A stretch of DNA of 59,881 nucleotides, filler included, from Sphacelaria rigidula (Eukaryota): NCBI GenBank assembly GCA_964200075.2. It is 10 parts of 10 records of this genome, joined end to end, with 100 filler letters (N's around TTAATTAATTAA, not from the genome) between each part and the next. Parts side by side here need not be neighbours in the genome. Positions count along the whole stretch, not along the records: positions 1 to 5,899 come from CAXNAA020023638.1; positions 6,000 to 11,898 come from CAXNAA020023639.1; 8 more parts are not named here. The stretch is one strand, 5' to 3'. Both the position numbers and the translations under genes were made by a program. The notes below the pieces were generated by a model. It was not told the DNA's origin. It searched no databases and saw nothing but the letters and a program-made list of their open reading frames with translations. This document shows positions 1 through 11,998 of the stretch, piece by piece (position 1 is the stretch's first letter; each line of letters starts with the position of its first letter).

Positions 1-603
1 AAGTAATCGACTGGGGTTGTGTGACGTGAGTTGACGCGGTGCGGGAGTGCTGACCCCTTCTGCGTTACCAAACTGAAAGGCGCGTACCGGGGGAGAGATG
101 GGTTGATCTCTTGAGACCACGGATTCATCCCGAGGAAGGGGAAGGGTTCAATTTGTGAGGAAGAAAAAAATGTATGCCAGTTATCTTTTTTGTACTCTTC
201 TTCGTATTATCCTGTCTTGACCACATGAGCGCCAGCTAAACTTCTGTCTTCTGCTGAGTATTGCGAGACGGCGGCGAGTCCGTCTAGAGACATCACCACA
301 CTATGTTCTCTCCCAGCACTCTACCATCGTATGCTAACAAATGATGCACCATCACCGGCGCTAAGGTGTCCATACGTTTGGGTCAGGGTTAGATATACAG
401 GTGCGGCTTACGATCAGGTCTGCCATTTGCGTGAACCTGCATCCAAAGAGAAATCGCCGACGAGGAAAATGATTATCAGCTGAAAGGATACAACAAGATG
501 GAAGTATCAGGTCTGAAGGGACATCCCAGGCGGTTGCAGATGATGGGCGTCCAAGATGGTCGTTCCAGATGAATATCCGTATCTTAGAATAACAGCGGGT
601 TAT

Positions 604-999
604 CAAAAATGGGGTCGAACAAAACATGACGTTCAACTCAAAAGCAGTGTTTTCCTTGACCTAGAGTCATGGCGAATGACTTTCGTATGGACGACCTCAT
701 CCCTTCCGACCTCCCTAAACTATTTCGGGGGATTTCTAGCCTTCCGTTTCCCCAAAGGGTATGTGCGAAAGCACATTTTTGTCTCGCTTTTGGGGTGACA
801 CAAGGAACGCTTTTCGGCCCATAAATCGTGCTTTCGCGCGTACCCGTTGGGGAAACGGAAGGCTGGGAACCCCCCGAGATAGTTTGAGGGAGGTCGGAAG
901 GGATGAGGTTGTCCATATGAAAGTCATTTGCCACGTCTTTAGGTCAGGGAAAGCATTGCTTTTGAGTTGAACTTCATGTTTCGTTCAACCCCATTTTTG
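604..999. mobile_element. Foldback MITE with ~170-bp imperfect inverted arms
   Basis: Termini CAAAAATGGGG...CCCCATTTTTG. Arms 604-~775 and ~828-999 are reverse complements. Flanked by GTTAT (599-603, 1000-1004); an alternative reading gives a 7-bp GGTTATC duplication. Confidence 0.85.
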
Positions 1000-1816
1000 G
1001 TTATCGGATGTTGAATGGCATTCTGTTCATATCTGCGATGAAGATCCAGCTTCCAGGTGAATATTTCGAATGGGCATTCATATCCTGGACGTATTGCTAA
1101 TGCAGCAAATCCCAACATCCCGGACGGATATGATATTTCATTCGAATGGCGTCGTAGATCAACTTCATCTGCGCAGGTGGAGCTTGCACGGTGCCCTCAA
1201 AGGGGGCATAACTCATCTTATCGACATCACGGACTGTGAGGAGTCAGCGCAATTACGTTTCCATCGAAACGGCGTTATTTTCCACTGGCGATGGTATGGG
1301 CCGAGGGGTTGGTTAGTTGTATCGTGTGACAAGATTCAACAATGGATGGAGCAAAAACAACCTTTTAATGCACGCCACCGCTTCTTCTATCTCCCAACTG
1401 AATGGCAATATCGGTGTATGTACAAGTAGCATGCATGTGTTGTAGACGGCATTGCTAGCCATCACGGTATCCATCAGTTCAGGGTTCGCAATATTGTCCT
1501 TTCCCCGAGTATCTAACCTTAGGAGAAGTTCTTCTGCTTTTTCGCCGTGCTTCACCTGTTGACCGAGTTCTACGCTCAATGCCCTGTGCTTGTACTTGAC
1601 CAAAGCCTCCCACGTCCTGTCCTCCACCTGCAGCGATATTATGTGATCTGGCTGATTTGATTGATTGTTGCACTTTAACCGACCCTCAGGTATCCAGTCA
1701 TTACAGAGACGAAGTATGTACGGATTGGGTGCTAAGAGTCAGGCAAGATTGGGCCTAGCTCCAGCTGCTGCAGGGTTCGATTTCCCTTCCTGAGGCGATG
1801 CTATAGGTTCTACCAT

Positions 1817-2073
1817 GACACTTTCTACGAAAGCTTCCCCCCCCAAAAGTGTGTGGTTTGGGGAGGCAAGATCAACACGTGAATCGAAATGGATGAAGCC
1901 GAGCACACCGAGCAGCTGGAAATTTCCACGCTTGGGTTCGTTCTCGCCAATATCGCCCATATGAGGCGCTTCATGCAGCCTGAAACGAAACATCAGGCGC
2001 TGTATGGCCACTTTTTTCGTGACACTTTTGGGCTGGTTTTGTTTTGGGGGGGGGGGGTATCGTAGAAAGTTTC
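1817..2073. mobile_element. Sola-like MITE, GACACTTTCTACGA subfamily
   Basis: TIR GACACTTTCTACGA...TCGTAGAAAGTTTC with internal poly-C/poly-G. The body is homologous, in opposite orientation, to 37624-37846. TSD is degenerate. Confidence 0.75.
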
Positions 2074-2989
2074 CGGTAGGGTCCACATGCACACGCTTGA
2101 GAGTCTCGATTCCTTCTTCAAATCTTTACCTACACTGCGGCAATCTGTACCATCTATGTCAACACGGACAAGGCTTACCTCGGAGCGGGGAACAGCCTCC
2201 AGACGGGAACGACATTCTTCCAACAGGCGCTTGCATTCCTGATGGGCCATTTGACGTTTAGTCGGAATGTATGTGTGCGACACATATATTGGAGTAGTAC
2301 AACATTCGTGAACGAGCTATGCTGTTGCTGCGGTTGAAATCATTTCGGTTAGGGCACTCATTCCTCATCGTTGTGATCGGAAACAATCGATAGGCAACAC
2401 TGAGCATGGCACCTACTGTGTAAGATAGATACGTGCCACGCTTACATGGTAAGTCTACTCGCTCTCTACCATTGTGGAGACGGCGCAACTCTGTCGAGAA
2501 CAGTCATAGCTTTGCGCACGCTTGCTCATGTGGATAATGACACATCTCGTGGTGGTCGTTTCGGACGTTGTCCGGTACCAGAGATGTGGATGGCCGACAT
2601 AAGGTTACTCGTCGCAGTTCTCCGGCGAACCTGCTTCCAGATTTCTTTACCCTCGGGTCCTCGTATCCACTGGTCCGCCAATTTCCTCGCCTTGCTTGAT
2701 GCTTTCTGAGTATCGAACGTGGATAGGGTCAAAGTGTGTAACGGAGTGGTACGCAGCATACCACGATTGTTAAGCGGCTTGGCAGCACTTCTTCTGTTAT
2801 CCGGAGGTCAACCACGCGCCACGTACTATTCTCCAGCGTTCAGCACTTTTTCGCTGAAATGCTGAAATATGTGCTTGTATTATAGGAAAAGACCAAGTCT
2901 GCCGGTTCGGTTTAAAGCAGAGTGCACCCATTTAAATCCTCAGTGCGATACTCATTATCAGTTGTACAACCTCCATCTGCTGCACCGCC

Positions 2990-3362
2990 TGTGTGTGTAT
3001 GTGTGTGTTGTCATCCCATCTATTCTGGACGCCAGTCTACACCTTTCGATATATGTGGGCGCACCAGCCGATATCACACAGGAGGAGGGCCAACACTTTT
3101 TTTTTTTTTAAATTTTTGTCTTGGGACTCCAAGCTTCTTCTGCGGTGCTCGCCTCATTTTCTATCGCGAGAGGGGTTCAGCGGCCCCTTTCCCTCGTCGA
3201 CCGTGAAGTCAATTTTGTGTACCCACGACATGTTCGCTCTCCACTGTTGGGCATAGTGTGAGAAAAACTTCCGGATCGTGTGACCTCATCGAGATTCGAA
3301 CCGACGACCCAACCGTCAGAAGGATTCGAGTTTACCAACTGAGTCACCGCCGGGGCGACCGG
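2990..3362 (-). mobile_element. tRNA-derived SINE, near full length
   Basis: Minus-strand head has A-box-like GTGACTCAGTTGG and B-box GGTTCGAATC, followed by a ~300-bp body and a (CA)n tail. Related copies at 18093, 19432, 29405 and 55320. Confidence 0.8.
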
Positions 3363-5084
3363 TAACTTCTACTCGTAAAAAAGACGGACACAAGCTTTCG
3401 GTACTATCCATCGTTTTGGGCGCAGCAGGTAAGTTGCGCTAACCTTCAGGCTTCTTCTGTGAGTCGCAGCAAGAGCAAAGGCCAATCCTGACCGTGCGGC
3501 GACTCCGCTCGAAGATTCCGCGAGGCCACACCTAGGCATGAAACACCAATAATGTAGGCAAGGGCTTGTGAATTCCGACACGGCTCCTAGCTACTGAGGG
3601 GTAACCAGCAGTATGTACGGTACTTATTCAAGACCACCTGTGCAGTGGTGAACACACTCTTCCTCCAGGCCACCGTTCGCGGTACAAATTGCAAGACATG
3701 AATGGACGCTTGAGTCCGGCGGTCGCTGAGGGGGGACACAGTCGCTACTTGGGAACAGCACCTCGTGCTCCTTCATTCGGCACTGCCAACACTGACGTCA
3801 CAAGTTCGTCTTTGCAGGTCGAGGTAGTACTAAGCGCCCACAGCACCCCACTTCGAGCAGCAGCGAGACTTCCAGCACTTGCGAACACATTCTTTCGGTG
3901 ATGGAGTGCACGCCCTACGATGTGCTACCGACCTTTTCACGAAGTAGTCACTTCACTTCATAGCAAACTGCGGGACCCACCTTTCTAAATCGTTCAAAGC
4001 TCGTGAAAAGCTGTCACACGCCTGCTGTAAGAAGTCCGTACGCGTCTGACACCTTGACGATGGCAAACGTGGTTGTGGACCCACCCGGCCGAGGAGCGCA
4101 CAGTGGTCGATAAATTTGTATGCTGATGTTCAGAGCACCATCAGTAGATGCCTTAGGAATCAGCTAACACGCAAAATCAATGAAGTCAACCGATGAAAGC
4201 GGCGGTTCTATGATAGTGGGCGCACAAAAACATTTTCGGGTAGGGGTGTTGGAATAGAACATTTTGCCGAAAATGATGATGCATCTCTGCAGGAAATCTA
4301 AATCGCGGTGAACGTGAGGCAATCCTCTGGCAGCCAAACATTACAAATTATCAGCTTTGTCATCGTTTTAGGAACACAATGTAACTGTACTTCAGACAAG
4401 ATTTGGCCAAAGGAGTCGCACCTACCGCAGAACCATTCCAAAGGGGAAAAAAGCCGACGCGCATGTACTCCCTCGTTTGTTGTCTCCAGAGTCCGCCGTA
4501 TGGGCATTGTCAATAGCGATATGAGGTCACCGCTAACACATTGTGCTGCGGACTTCGGGTCACCTTCCGAGTAAAATTTGTACCCGTACTCCCAGCAGGT
4601 CAAGGCGACGCGCAGAGCAGACCCCTCGTCGCCCCCGTCCCTCGTCGTCGTTGTGGTCATCCTCCACAGTCAAAAGGGCTAAGACCTTATTGGATGTATT
4701 GGTCAAGGTACGTGAGAACGGCGGAACGTAGCGGTACCTTGCAAAACTATCCGTGTCTGTGAAGATGTGCTGTTCTTTGACTTGCTCAAGGTCGCGTTCT
4801 GTAGGGTATACCGACTGAAAATTCGAGTATGGATTATTAATAGGGTATTATTCCCGGAAGTATAAAAGAGATGATTAATCCGCAAATGCCTTCCCGGACC
4901 AAACCGTCGTTTTCCAGTCATAGTTCTACACCCTGTCTAAACATACCGGGATGTTCGATCCACTTGTCGGTATACTTTGGAATTTCATCATCCAAAGATC
5001 TCTCTCTCTCTCCCGGGTATACCCCATCTATGCAGAACAAAAACTTCGTACTTTTCTTTTGACAACCTGCAGAGGCCGACCATT

Positions 5085-5252
5085 TCTTATCTTTTTGTTT
5101 TCTTCAGGTCTTAGTCTACTATGTTGTTCTGTTCTACCTTTTCTGTTTTTTTTTTCCTTCAGCGGGAGTGTTTCAGTTTTGTTTTGTCTCGGGTACGTCT
5201 ACTATGTGAGCACGGCTGGATCATGACTACCTGGGTGGTTCAAGCAAATGCG

Positions 5253-5289
<37 letters not shown>

Positions 5290-5290
5290 T
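5085..5290 (+). mobile_element. LINE 3' end (T-rich UTR plus (CAAT)n tail)
   Basis: TCTCGGGTACGTCTACTATGTGAGCACGGCTGGATC followed by (CAAT)n. Matches the 3' end of the LINE at 49100-49185 and the segment at 24300-24400. Confidence 0.6.
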
Positions 5291-5830
5291 GAGTCAACCA
5301 GTTGCGCTGTCAGTAGCACCCGTACCCTGGTAGCCTCACAATGCTGAGTGAGGTAGGCCCATTGGTTCGCCAGAAGACTAATATGCAACTCTTCTTGACC
5401 CCCCGGCCTAGCAACCTTGCCATTTATGATCAACCGCCGACCCCGCCGTGCGCACCCACCTCCTCCCAGGTGATCGGCATATTCCTCGGACCACTCTCGG
5501 GACCCGCCCTAAATGAGTCGGCGTTTCCTTGATGGCCAGATTCGTCGAGAAATCCCCTCAGTCGTGAAGGCAGACCCGGGTACGCCTCAACGAGGTGTTC
5601 CGCTCCCCCAATGGTTTCCAGTGAGTGCAGCACTTCCTGATGGCGGTGGGTTTTGGTCCAACAGCAAGTGCGGGGATTTGAGGCGGAACGTTTGAGGCGT
5701 GGCGAATCGTGTATAGCTTCATCTCGGTATTATTCACGATTGCCTTGTGCGGTAGGAATGAGTTCATACGTGCGTCAAGGAAACAAGGCCAAAACTCGAT
5801 TGTTCAATCAGGCACTCGAGGATGCCCCAT

Positions 5831-5899
5831 GAGTCATCCTACGATAGGGGGGGGGTATTTTGGGCCATTTGTTGCTTGAAATTTCGAGTCAGATCGTCG
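5831..5899. mobile_element. Sola-like MITE end (GAGTCATCCTACGATAG), cut by piece end
   Basis: Near reverse complement of 34880-34949. Confidence 0.75.
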
Positions 5900-5999
5900 N
5901 NNNNNNNNNNNNNNNNNNNNNNNNNNNNNNNNNNNNNNNNNNNTTAATTAATTAANNNNNNNNNNNNNNNNNNNNNNNNNNNNNNNNNNNNNNNNNNNN
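5900..5999. other. Artificial contig spacer
   Basis: N44-TTAATTAATTAA-N44, which places stops in all six frames. Confidence 0.98.
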
Positions 6000-6283
6000 A
6001 TATTTGCTCGAATGCTACTGATGTGCATGGTGTCTGATGACCGTCGGGGTGAGGCAGTTAACAAAACACTGCTGGATGATGAATGAATTGAAACTATGAA
6101 AACTGATCCTTGCCCGTGGCACGTTTTCGGTAATACTGTTCAAGGTATAGACGCTGCAGTACTATCAGACCTGCCAGTGTCACAGGCCCGACAACAATAC
6201 ATCTGAACATCTGACCGGTACCAATAGAAAACTTACAACCTACCATAAGAAGTGATAGCTTTTGTTTTTCTAATAGCGGTAAT

Positions 6284-6538
6284 GAGTCATGCTACGATAG
6301 GGGGGGGTGGGGATTTTGAGGCATTTCTTCCACGAAACTCCACTTCAAATCGTCGTTGAAAGCAGCAACAATTCATTGAACGGGCTTGTCACCGATAAGT
6401 AATGCTCGTTCACAATGCTTCTTGACGCCGTTTTTACCCAAATACAAACGCACCACGAGTGCGTCAGGTCGTTTGACATTCTTATCGGCTCTTCTTTTCG
6501 TGGAATCAGACACCCCCCCCCCTATCGTAGCATGTCTC
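6284..6538. mobile_element. Sola-like MITE with TAAT TSD
   Basis: TIR GAGTCATGCTACGATAGGGG...CCCCTATCGTAGCATGTCTC. TAAT at 6280-6283 and 6539-6542. Confidence 0.88.
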
Positions 6539-6541
6539 TAA

Positions 6542-7003
6542 TGGGGTCAGACTAGCACGTGTGGTCAACACGCTCAGCAAGCACTAAGTGTCCAACGGAC
6601 AGCCCAGTTTGATCGGCACGCAGCTATATTTGATGGCTGTAATAACACAATCATCTCAATGTCTTTTCTTCATGCAGTAGGAAATGTCTCTCGACTCTAC
6701 GGGAAGCTTTTCCTCACCTATTATTAGTATTTGTCCAAGCTCTTTCAACGCTTTTCACTCACTCTCACCGGATGGAGAGACGATTCCAGCGGCGACGCAT
6801 TGATTGGTGGGTGAAGGTGGCTACGACTCTCACATGAAAGCAGACGCAAATCCATGTTCGTCTACTGATCATCCACTGAAAAAGGCTGCAATCTCACCCT
6901 TACTATCCTTTCTCTCAAGAGGCCTGAGATCTAAGATCTCGGGCAAGTATCAATTACCCCACCTGAGAAGGCACAGCGGCAAATGCCTTTCAACCTCATA
7001 ACA
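6542..7003 (-). repeat. 3' LTR of gypsy element
   Basis: TG...CA termini; direct repeat of 10611-11070. Confidence 0.85.
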
Positions 7004-8049
7004 CTAGCCCACCCAGACAGGCCTCTATTATGGTTGTGATGAACATTCTCAAGGTGCGATGAAAATAAAGCTCTTCTGCACACGTATAGCCATGAGCGGC
7101 TAGGAAGGCACATAAAATATATTTGTGGGGCGAAGCCTGACCTTCCCACACCTCAGTCGAAGAAAAACAAACTGCTTCTGCGCGCTGGCGAAGACTCGAG
7201 GGAGAAAAGCACGAGTTGTTTCGATGCACTTGCGAAAACGAAGGATCAAACCGGAAAGGTTTAACAGAGAGTGATGCTTCCTACCTGGGAGCATCAACGA
7301 ACGTTGACGGGAAAAAAAGCATTTTATGATAGCAGGGAAATCAGGAAGTCGGGATTCAACACAGTCCAGTGCCACGCACGCAAGCCAAAATGAGTGAATA
7401 CTAGGGCTTCAGGATGGTATGATGTCGGGGAAGGAAGAGGAGTTCAGTCCTAGCGATCGGCTCCAGTAGTCGTGGATGAAGAGAGCTCCCAATAGGTCAT
7501 GTTCGTGGTCCACTGAAGCCGATCGTCTCATCGTGGATGTTGTCGGAGATGTGCCTGAGCGATGAAGTGGGGGAACAATTTCTGAGGAAAATGGTAGGAA
7601 GGGAAGAAAAAAAATGCGTACATGAAAGGCAAAAGCAAATGTGGAGCGGAGGCTAAAGGGGGTGCATTGACACCGTGGATGCGGTCAATATTGCGCTGAA
7701 TTCCTCTGCGAAGTGTTCTAGACTTGACTCTCTGAAGACACCAGGATCTGCGAGGTGTGGGTGGGCTGGTGGCGCAGAACGCTGGGAGGAGCCTGGGCTG
7801 CACAGGGTCAGGGTCGTCGATGAAACGCACGATGTATGTGTCGACAGCAAGCAGGTTGAATGAGCGGGTCTGTCCAAGCCATCATGGGTTGTCGCTCCCT
7901 CTGAAGCACAAGTAGTTGCCTTTGGGGAGTACACTTCGTTTTGCGCGGATCTTTTTTTTAACACGTTGCGATACTTCCTGTCGTGAGCAAGATGTTGCTG
8001 TTGAGTTTTCGCCCCGTGGAGGTCGGATTCACGTTCTCAGGACGCTCTC

Positions 8050-9510
8050 CGAAGACCTTGCTAGTGGGCCGTATACATAACAGCAACATTACCTCCCGAC
8101 AATGAGTGATCTGGTGGCGAGAGATACCCGATACGGTTAATCGACGGGATTGTTTGGCCACGCCCTCGGTGGTAACGTGATAGAGCGGTGACTTGGTCGA
8201 GTAGCTGTTAAGCATATACTGCGTGAGGCCAGCGAGCAGGTATTGTACATGTCACTAGTGTCATGCCAGCTGATGCGGGGTTTGCGTCGGTGCACGTAGA
8301 CACGAGATTCAGCATCATTCCCCTGAAGGTCGCGTGATAGGTCGAGATGAAGTTCGTCGCCAATGGAATTTTCAGCAGGTGGTGATGACACGGATCCGGC
8401 CATCCGGACCTTGATAGGTCATGTCCAAGTAACGGGAAATTTCTCCTTCACGGTTGTCCCGTTGGCTGCATAGGTAGTGCCTTGACGGATTCTCGACAAA
8501 CTGCTATGGACCCATACCCAATCGCCAACATTCCATGTCGGGCATGTGTGCATTAGGTTGTAGAGAGAAGTATTGAATCTCGCAATGCGCGAGGCGTTGA
8601 TGGCGTGTTCCTCGCGCACGAGGGTAAACACTTCGCGCTGTCTTGAGTGCGCGAATTCATGAGAAGATTTGATATACTGATCAAGACAATGGTGGTAATC
8701 AAACGTTTATCATCAAAACACTGTGATGGGCAGCCGAGGGAAACGTTCAAGGTGGAAGTCATTCGGAGAGAAGCCGGTGGCGGCGTCAACCGATTTGTTG
8801 TGAGACAACACGATGTGAGAAGATGGCGATCCCAAACATTTTTGCGATTGTCGACAAACGTAGAGAGCATCTGAGTCATGGCGTGATTACCTCGTTCAGT
8901 ACCATTACCATTTGGGTGGTGGGCGCTGGTGGCAATCTTGCGCATGTCCAGGAGTTTGTACTGGTCGCCAGAAAGATCTGAGCTGGGTTGCTGATCAGTG
9001 TCGGAGAGGAGTCGTTCCGGACAAGCATAGTGCTTCATGTAGTCGTGAACGAGTATCGGCGGTGCTTGCGGCTGTGAAATCCCCAGCGGTTACTACGTAC
9101 ATGGAAGTATGGCGGCTGAAGCAGTCAGTGTTACCACGTCCCGTAGTCGGTAAGGGGCTGAAGAAGTCAAACGACACGAGGGTACCAGGGGCATTGAGGA
9201 GTCCCATGGATATGACGGGCCAGCGTACTGTCTGTCGTGAAGTTGTCCGAACTCGGCACTTGAAGCATCGCCAAATTTCAAAGGTAGATGGAGTCTTCCA
9301 TGATAACCCACCGGTGAGAGCGTTCAAGCAGCGCTAAGGTGAGCGTGACACCACGGTGGCATGACAGATCAGTGCGGCAACCGTTGATGATCCAAGGATG
9401 CATTAATAATGACACGTATATGCGTGTGGCTTCGTCATCGAGTAGTCGCACGTGGCATCCAGTGATCGCAGCCAAAACTTCGCCCAGCGAGGGCGTGGTG
9501 CGGCGAACAA
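8050..9510 (-). pseudogene. Frameshifted gypsy integrase, possibly with a chromodomain-like C-terminus
   Basis: Motifs are spread over ORFs 9278-9514, 8995-9327, 8553-9038, 8419-8631 and 7958-8215. Confidence 0.8.
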
Positions 9511-10610
9511 GCACATGTACGCCCCACCTGTGGTGAAAATAGTACCTTTACTCACGAGTTCGTATACCCCAGAAATATTTGGCGGTGGTAGTATGTCAAC
9601 CGGGACCAGAAGGTCAAATGGAAAAGGGTCTGAACAACCAAGCTGTAAATATTTAATGGCTGCGCGGTATAATGGTTCCCCTTGCTATTCACGAGCCCAA
9701 TCGCGACTGGAGTAACTGGCGAGAAACTCTCGGTGTTCGCCTTTCGCCGGAGAGCCAACGAAACACTGCAGTGCTGCAGGCGGCGGTGGAATAGTCGACG
9801 GGGCAGAGATGCCAAAGTCAATATCTGCATCGTGATCAAGGTCCGGTTCATCTACTTTATTCTGAAGAAGGATTGATGTTGGTGGCGCCACAGGAGGTGG
9901 CGTTTTTGCAGTGACGCGCGACGTAGATCGTGCTCGATGCGTGTTGCGCGTATTGCGCGTTGTAGTTGTTGTCGTGAGACACGGCGTGCGGCTTTGTGAG
10001 GGCGGAGCTGTGTGGCTCGTGGCATCAACGGATATTGTCGGCGGCGGCAGGGTGCACGGGGGGTCGATGTGGGTAGCAGCTCGAGAGCACGTATTGTCGG
10101 AAATTAGATGAATAATCGAGGGTGGCGGGGTGACATAATTCGCTCAAGGGCGAAAAGTGCGGAAATCATCGAAATCAGCGATTGTGGGCTGTAGCCCTCC
10201 CAAGAAGGCGTCATATGGTAGAGGGCGAGGGCCTCCCATGTGCATGCCGTTTCTGGGCGCTGAAGGCCAAGGGCGTAGACAAGTTTAGAAAAACGCCGGA
10301 TAGGGTAAACCCCTGGTTCATCAGGTTCATCAAGTCCGTAAGCTGGACTGGATTCTACTGCCGTTGGAGACAGGTGGAATCAGGGGAAAAGATCAGCATC
10401 CCCATTTGTTTTGCATGGACAATGCTTAATTGTGTACCGGTAAGCTGTCAGGGACTCCAACCAGCGTTGTGCAGATTGATCATGCTCGCCAACCATGGCG
10501 AAATGTTTGAGTGTCCCGTGATCCGTGTAGATTAGGAAGGGAACGTCGATTAGAAACCCATTGTGATTCCATGCGCAGGTTCGTGTCCTGCCGTCGACGC
10601 CCGAATATCA

Positions 10611-11070
10611 TGAGGTAAGACTTGCGCGCATGGTCAACACACTCAGCAAGCACCGAGTGTTCAACTGACAGTCCAGTTTGATCAGTGCGTAGCTATATCT
10701 GATGGCTGCAGTAACACCCTCATCTCAATGCCCTTTATTCACACAGTAGGAAATGTCTCTCGACTCTACGGGGAGATTTTCCTCACTTATTAGTAGTACT
10801 CGTCCAAGCTCTTTCAACGCTTTTCACTCGCTCTTACCGGATGGAGAGACGATTCCAGCGGTGGCGCATTGGTGGGTGGAGGTGGCTACGACCTCCACAT
10901 GAAAGCAAACGCAAATCCATGTTCATCTACTGATCAAACCCTGATCAGGCCTGCAATCCCAGCTCAGCTATTGTTCCTTTCAACAGACCCGAGATCTAAG
11001 ATCTCGGCAAGTATCAATCCACGAGCCTGAGAAGGCACAGCGGCAAATGCTTTTCAACTCCATGATAACT
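10611..11070 (-). repeat. 5' LTR of gypsy element
   Basis: Direct repeat of 6542-7003, followed on the minus strand by PBS-like TGATATTCGGG. Confidence 0.85.
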
Positions 11071-11574
11071 GTCCAATCCTCTCCCTAAGTACGCGCGGGG
11101 GTTATTGACTACTGCCAGGGTCTGTTGAACACTAAAGACCACAATGCGCGATAGGCATCGTTGCAAGGTATTCATCCTACTCTACTGCGTTTATGGCTCT
11201 TCCCGCTCCCCACCTCCTTTCCCGGGGATAACATCAACGCATCTCCTCCCCGAATGTTCTCAGCGGGACGGGAATATTGTCCGACGTTAAGCCACTTGCG
11301 GCAGGATAACACTTGATCTGAACACGTGACCGATACTAATAAAAAGATTCTAACCTTACCTAAGTAGCAACACCTTTTGTTTTCTTAACGGGATTACAGA
11401 CCCCCCAACAGGAGATTGCTCTACTCCTCCCTAAGCGCGCACGGGGGCTATAGACTACCGTCAGGGCCGCTGAAATACAAATGACGATGTCCCTGAACGC
11501 GCGAGTGGCCACCAGGACGTATACAGCCTACTTGCTGATTGGAGATCAACCTCCCCCCCCCTCTCCGACAAACC

Positions 11575-11898
11575 CCCGATGGGGTTGGCGTCGGTTGGCA
11601 ACGACGCTGTTAAACACGCCACTCACTGCGTACGCTAGGCAACCAGGTTACGGATTGTTTTTGCGCACTCCCGTTTTTTTGCGGTAACCATGATGGTAGT
11701 CGAGCTACTGTAGATCATATTGTGCGGCGTGGGAGAACCTCAACTCCGCACAATGGCGATGATCGCACAATGCAGTGTTTGAATGGTGAAGAACCCATGA
11801 GGCAGTGCATAAGCCGTGGCTATCTCTGGAAGTGGCGATACCAGAAAATGAAAACAACTCATCGTAGGCTGTCATCCAAATGCAAGATAATCAGTAGG
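11575..11898 (+). repeat. Unclassified dispersed repeat
   Basis: Homologous to 42050-42370 (inverted) and 21660-21780. Confidence 0.75.
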
Positions 11899-11998
11899 NN
11901 NNNNNNNNNNNNNNNNNNNNNNNNNNNNNNNNNNNNNNNNNNTTAATTAATTAANNNNNNNNNNNNNNNNNNNNNNNNNNNNNNNNNNNNNNNNNNNN
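11899..11998. other. Artificial contig spacer
   Basis: N44-TTAATTAATTAA-N44. Confidence 0.98.

Larger units (their letters stand above)
6542..11070 (-). mobile_element. Degenerate, internally deleted Ty3/gypsy LTR retrotransposon
   Basis: ~460-bp direct repeats at 6542-7003 and 10611-11070. Minus-strand RNase H remnant (IYTDH..AQRWLESLTAY, ~10380-10560), integrase zinc finger (H..H..CFKC, ~9260-9400) and core (PERLLSD..TSAHHPNGNGTER, ~8800-9040). Purine-rich GGGTGGGCTAG abuts the 3' LTR. Confidence 0.88.

Noticed and set aside
3280..3362. Functional tRNA genes (also 29405-29480 and 56190-56262)
   Set aside because: No proper acceptor stem, and each is fused to a shared SINE body.
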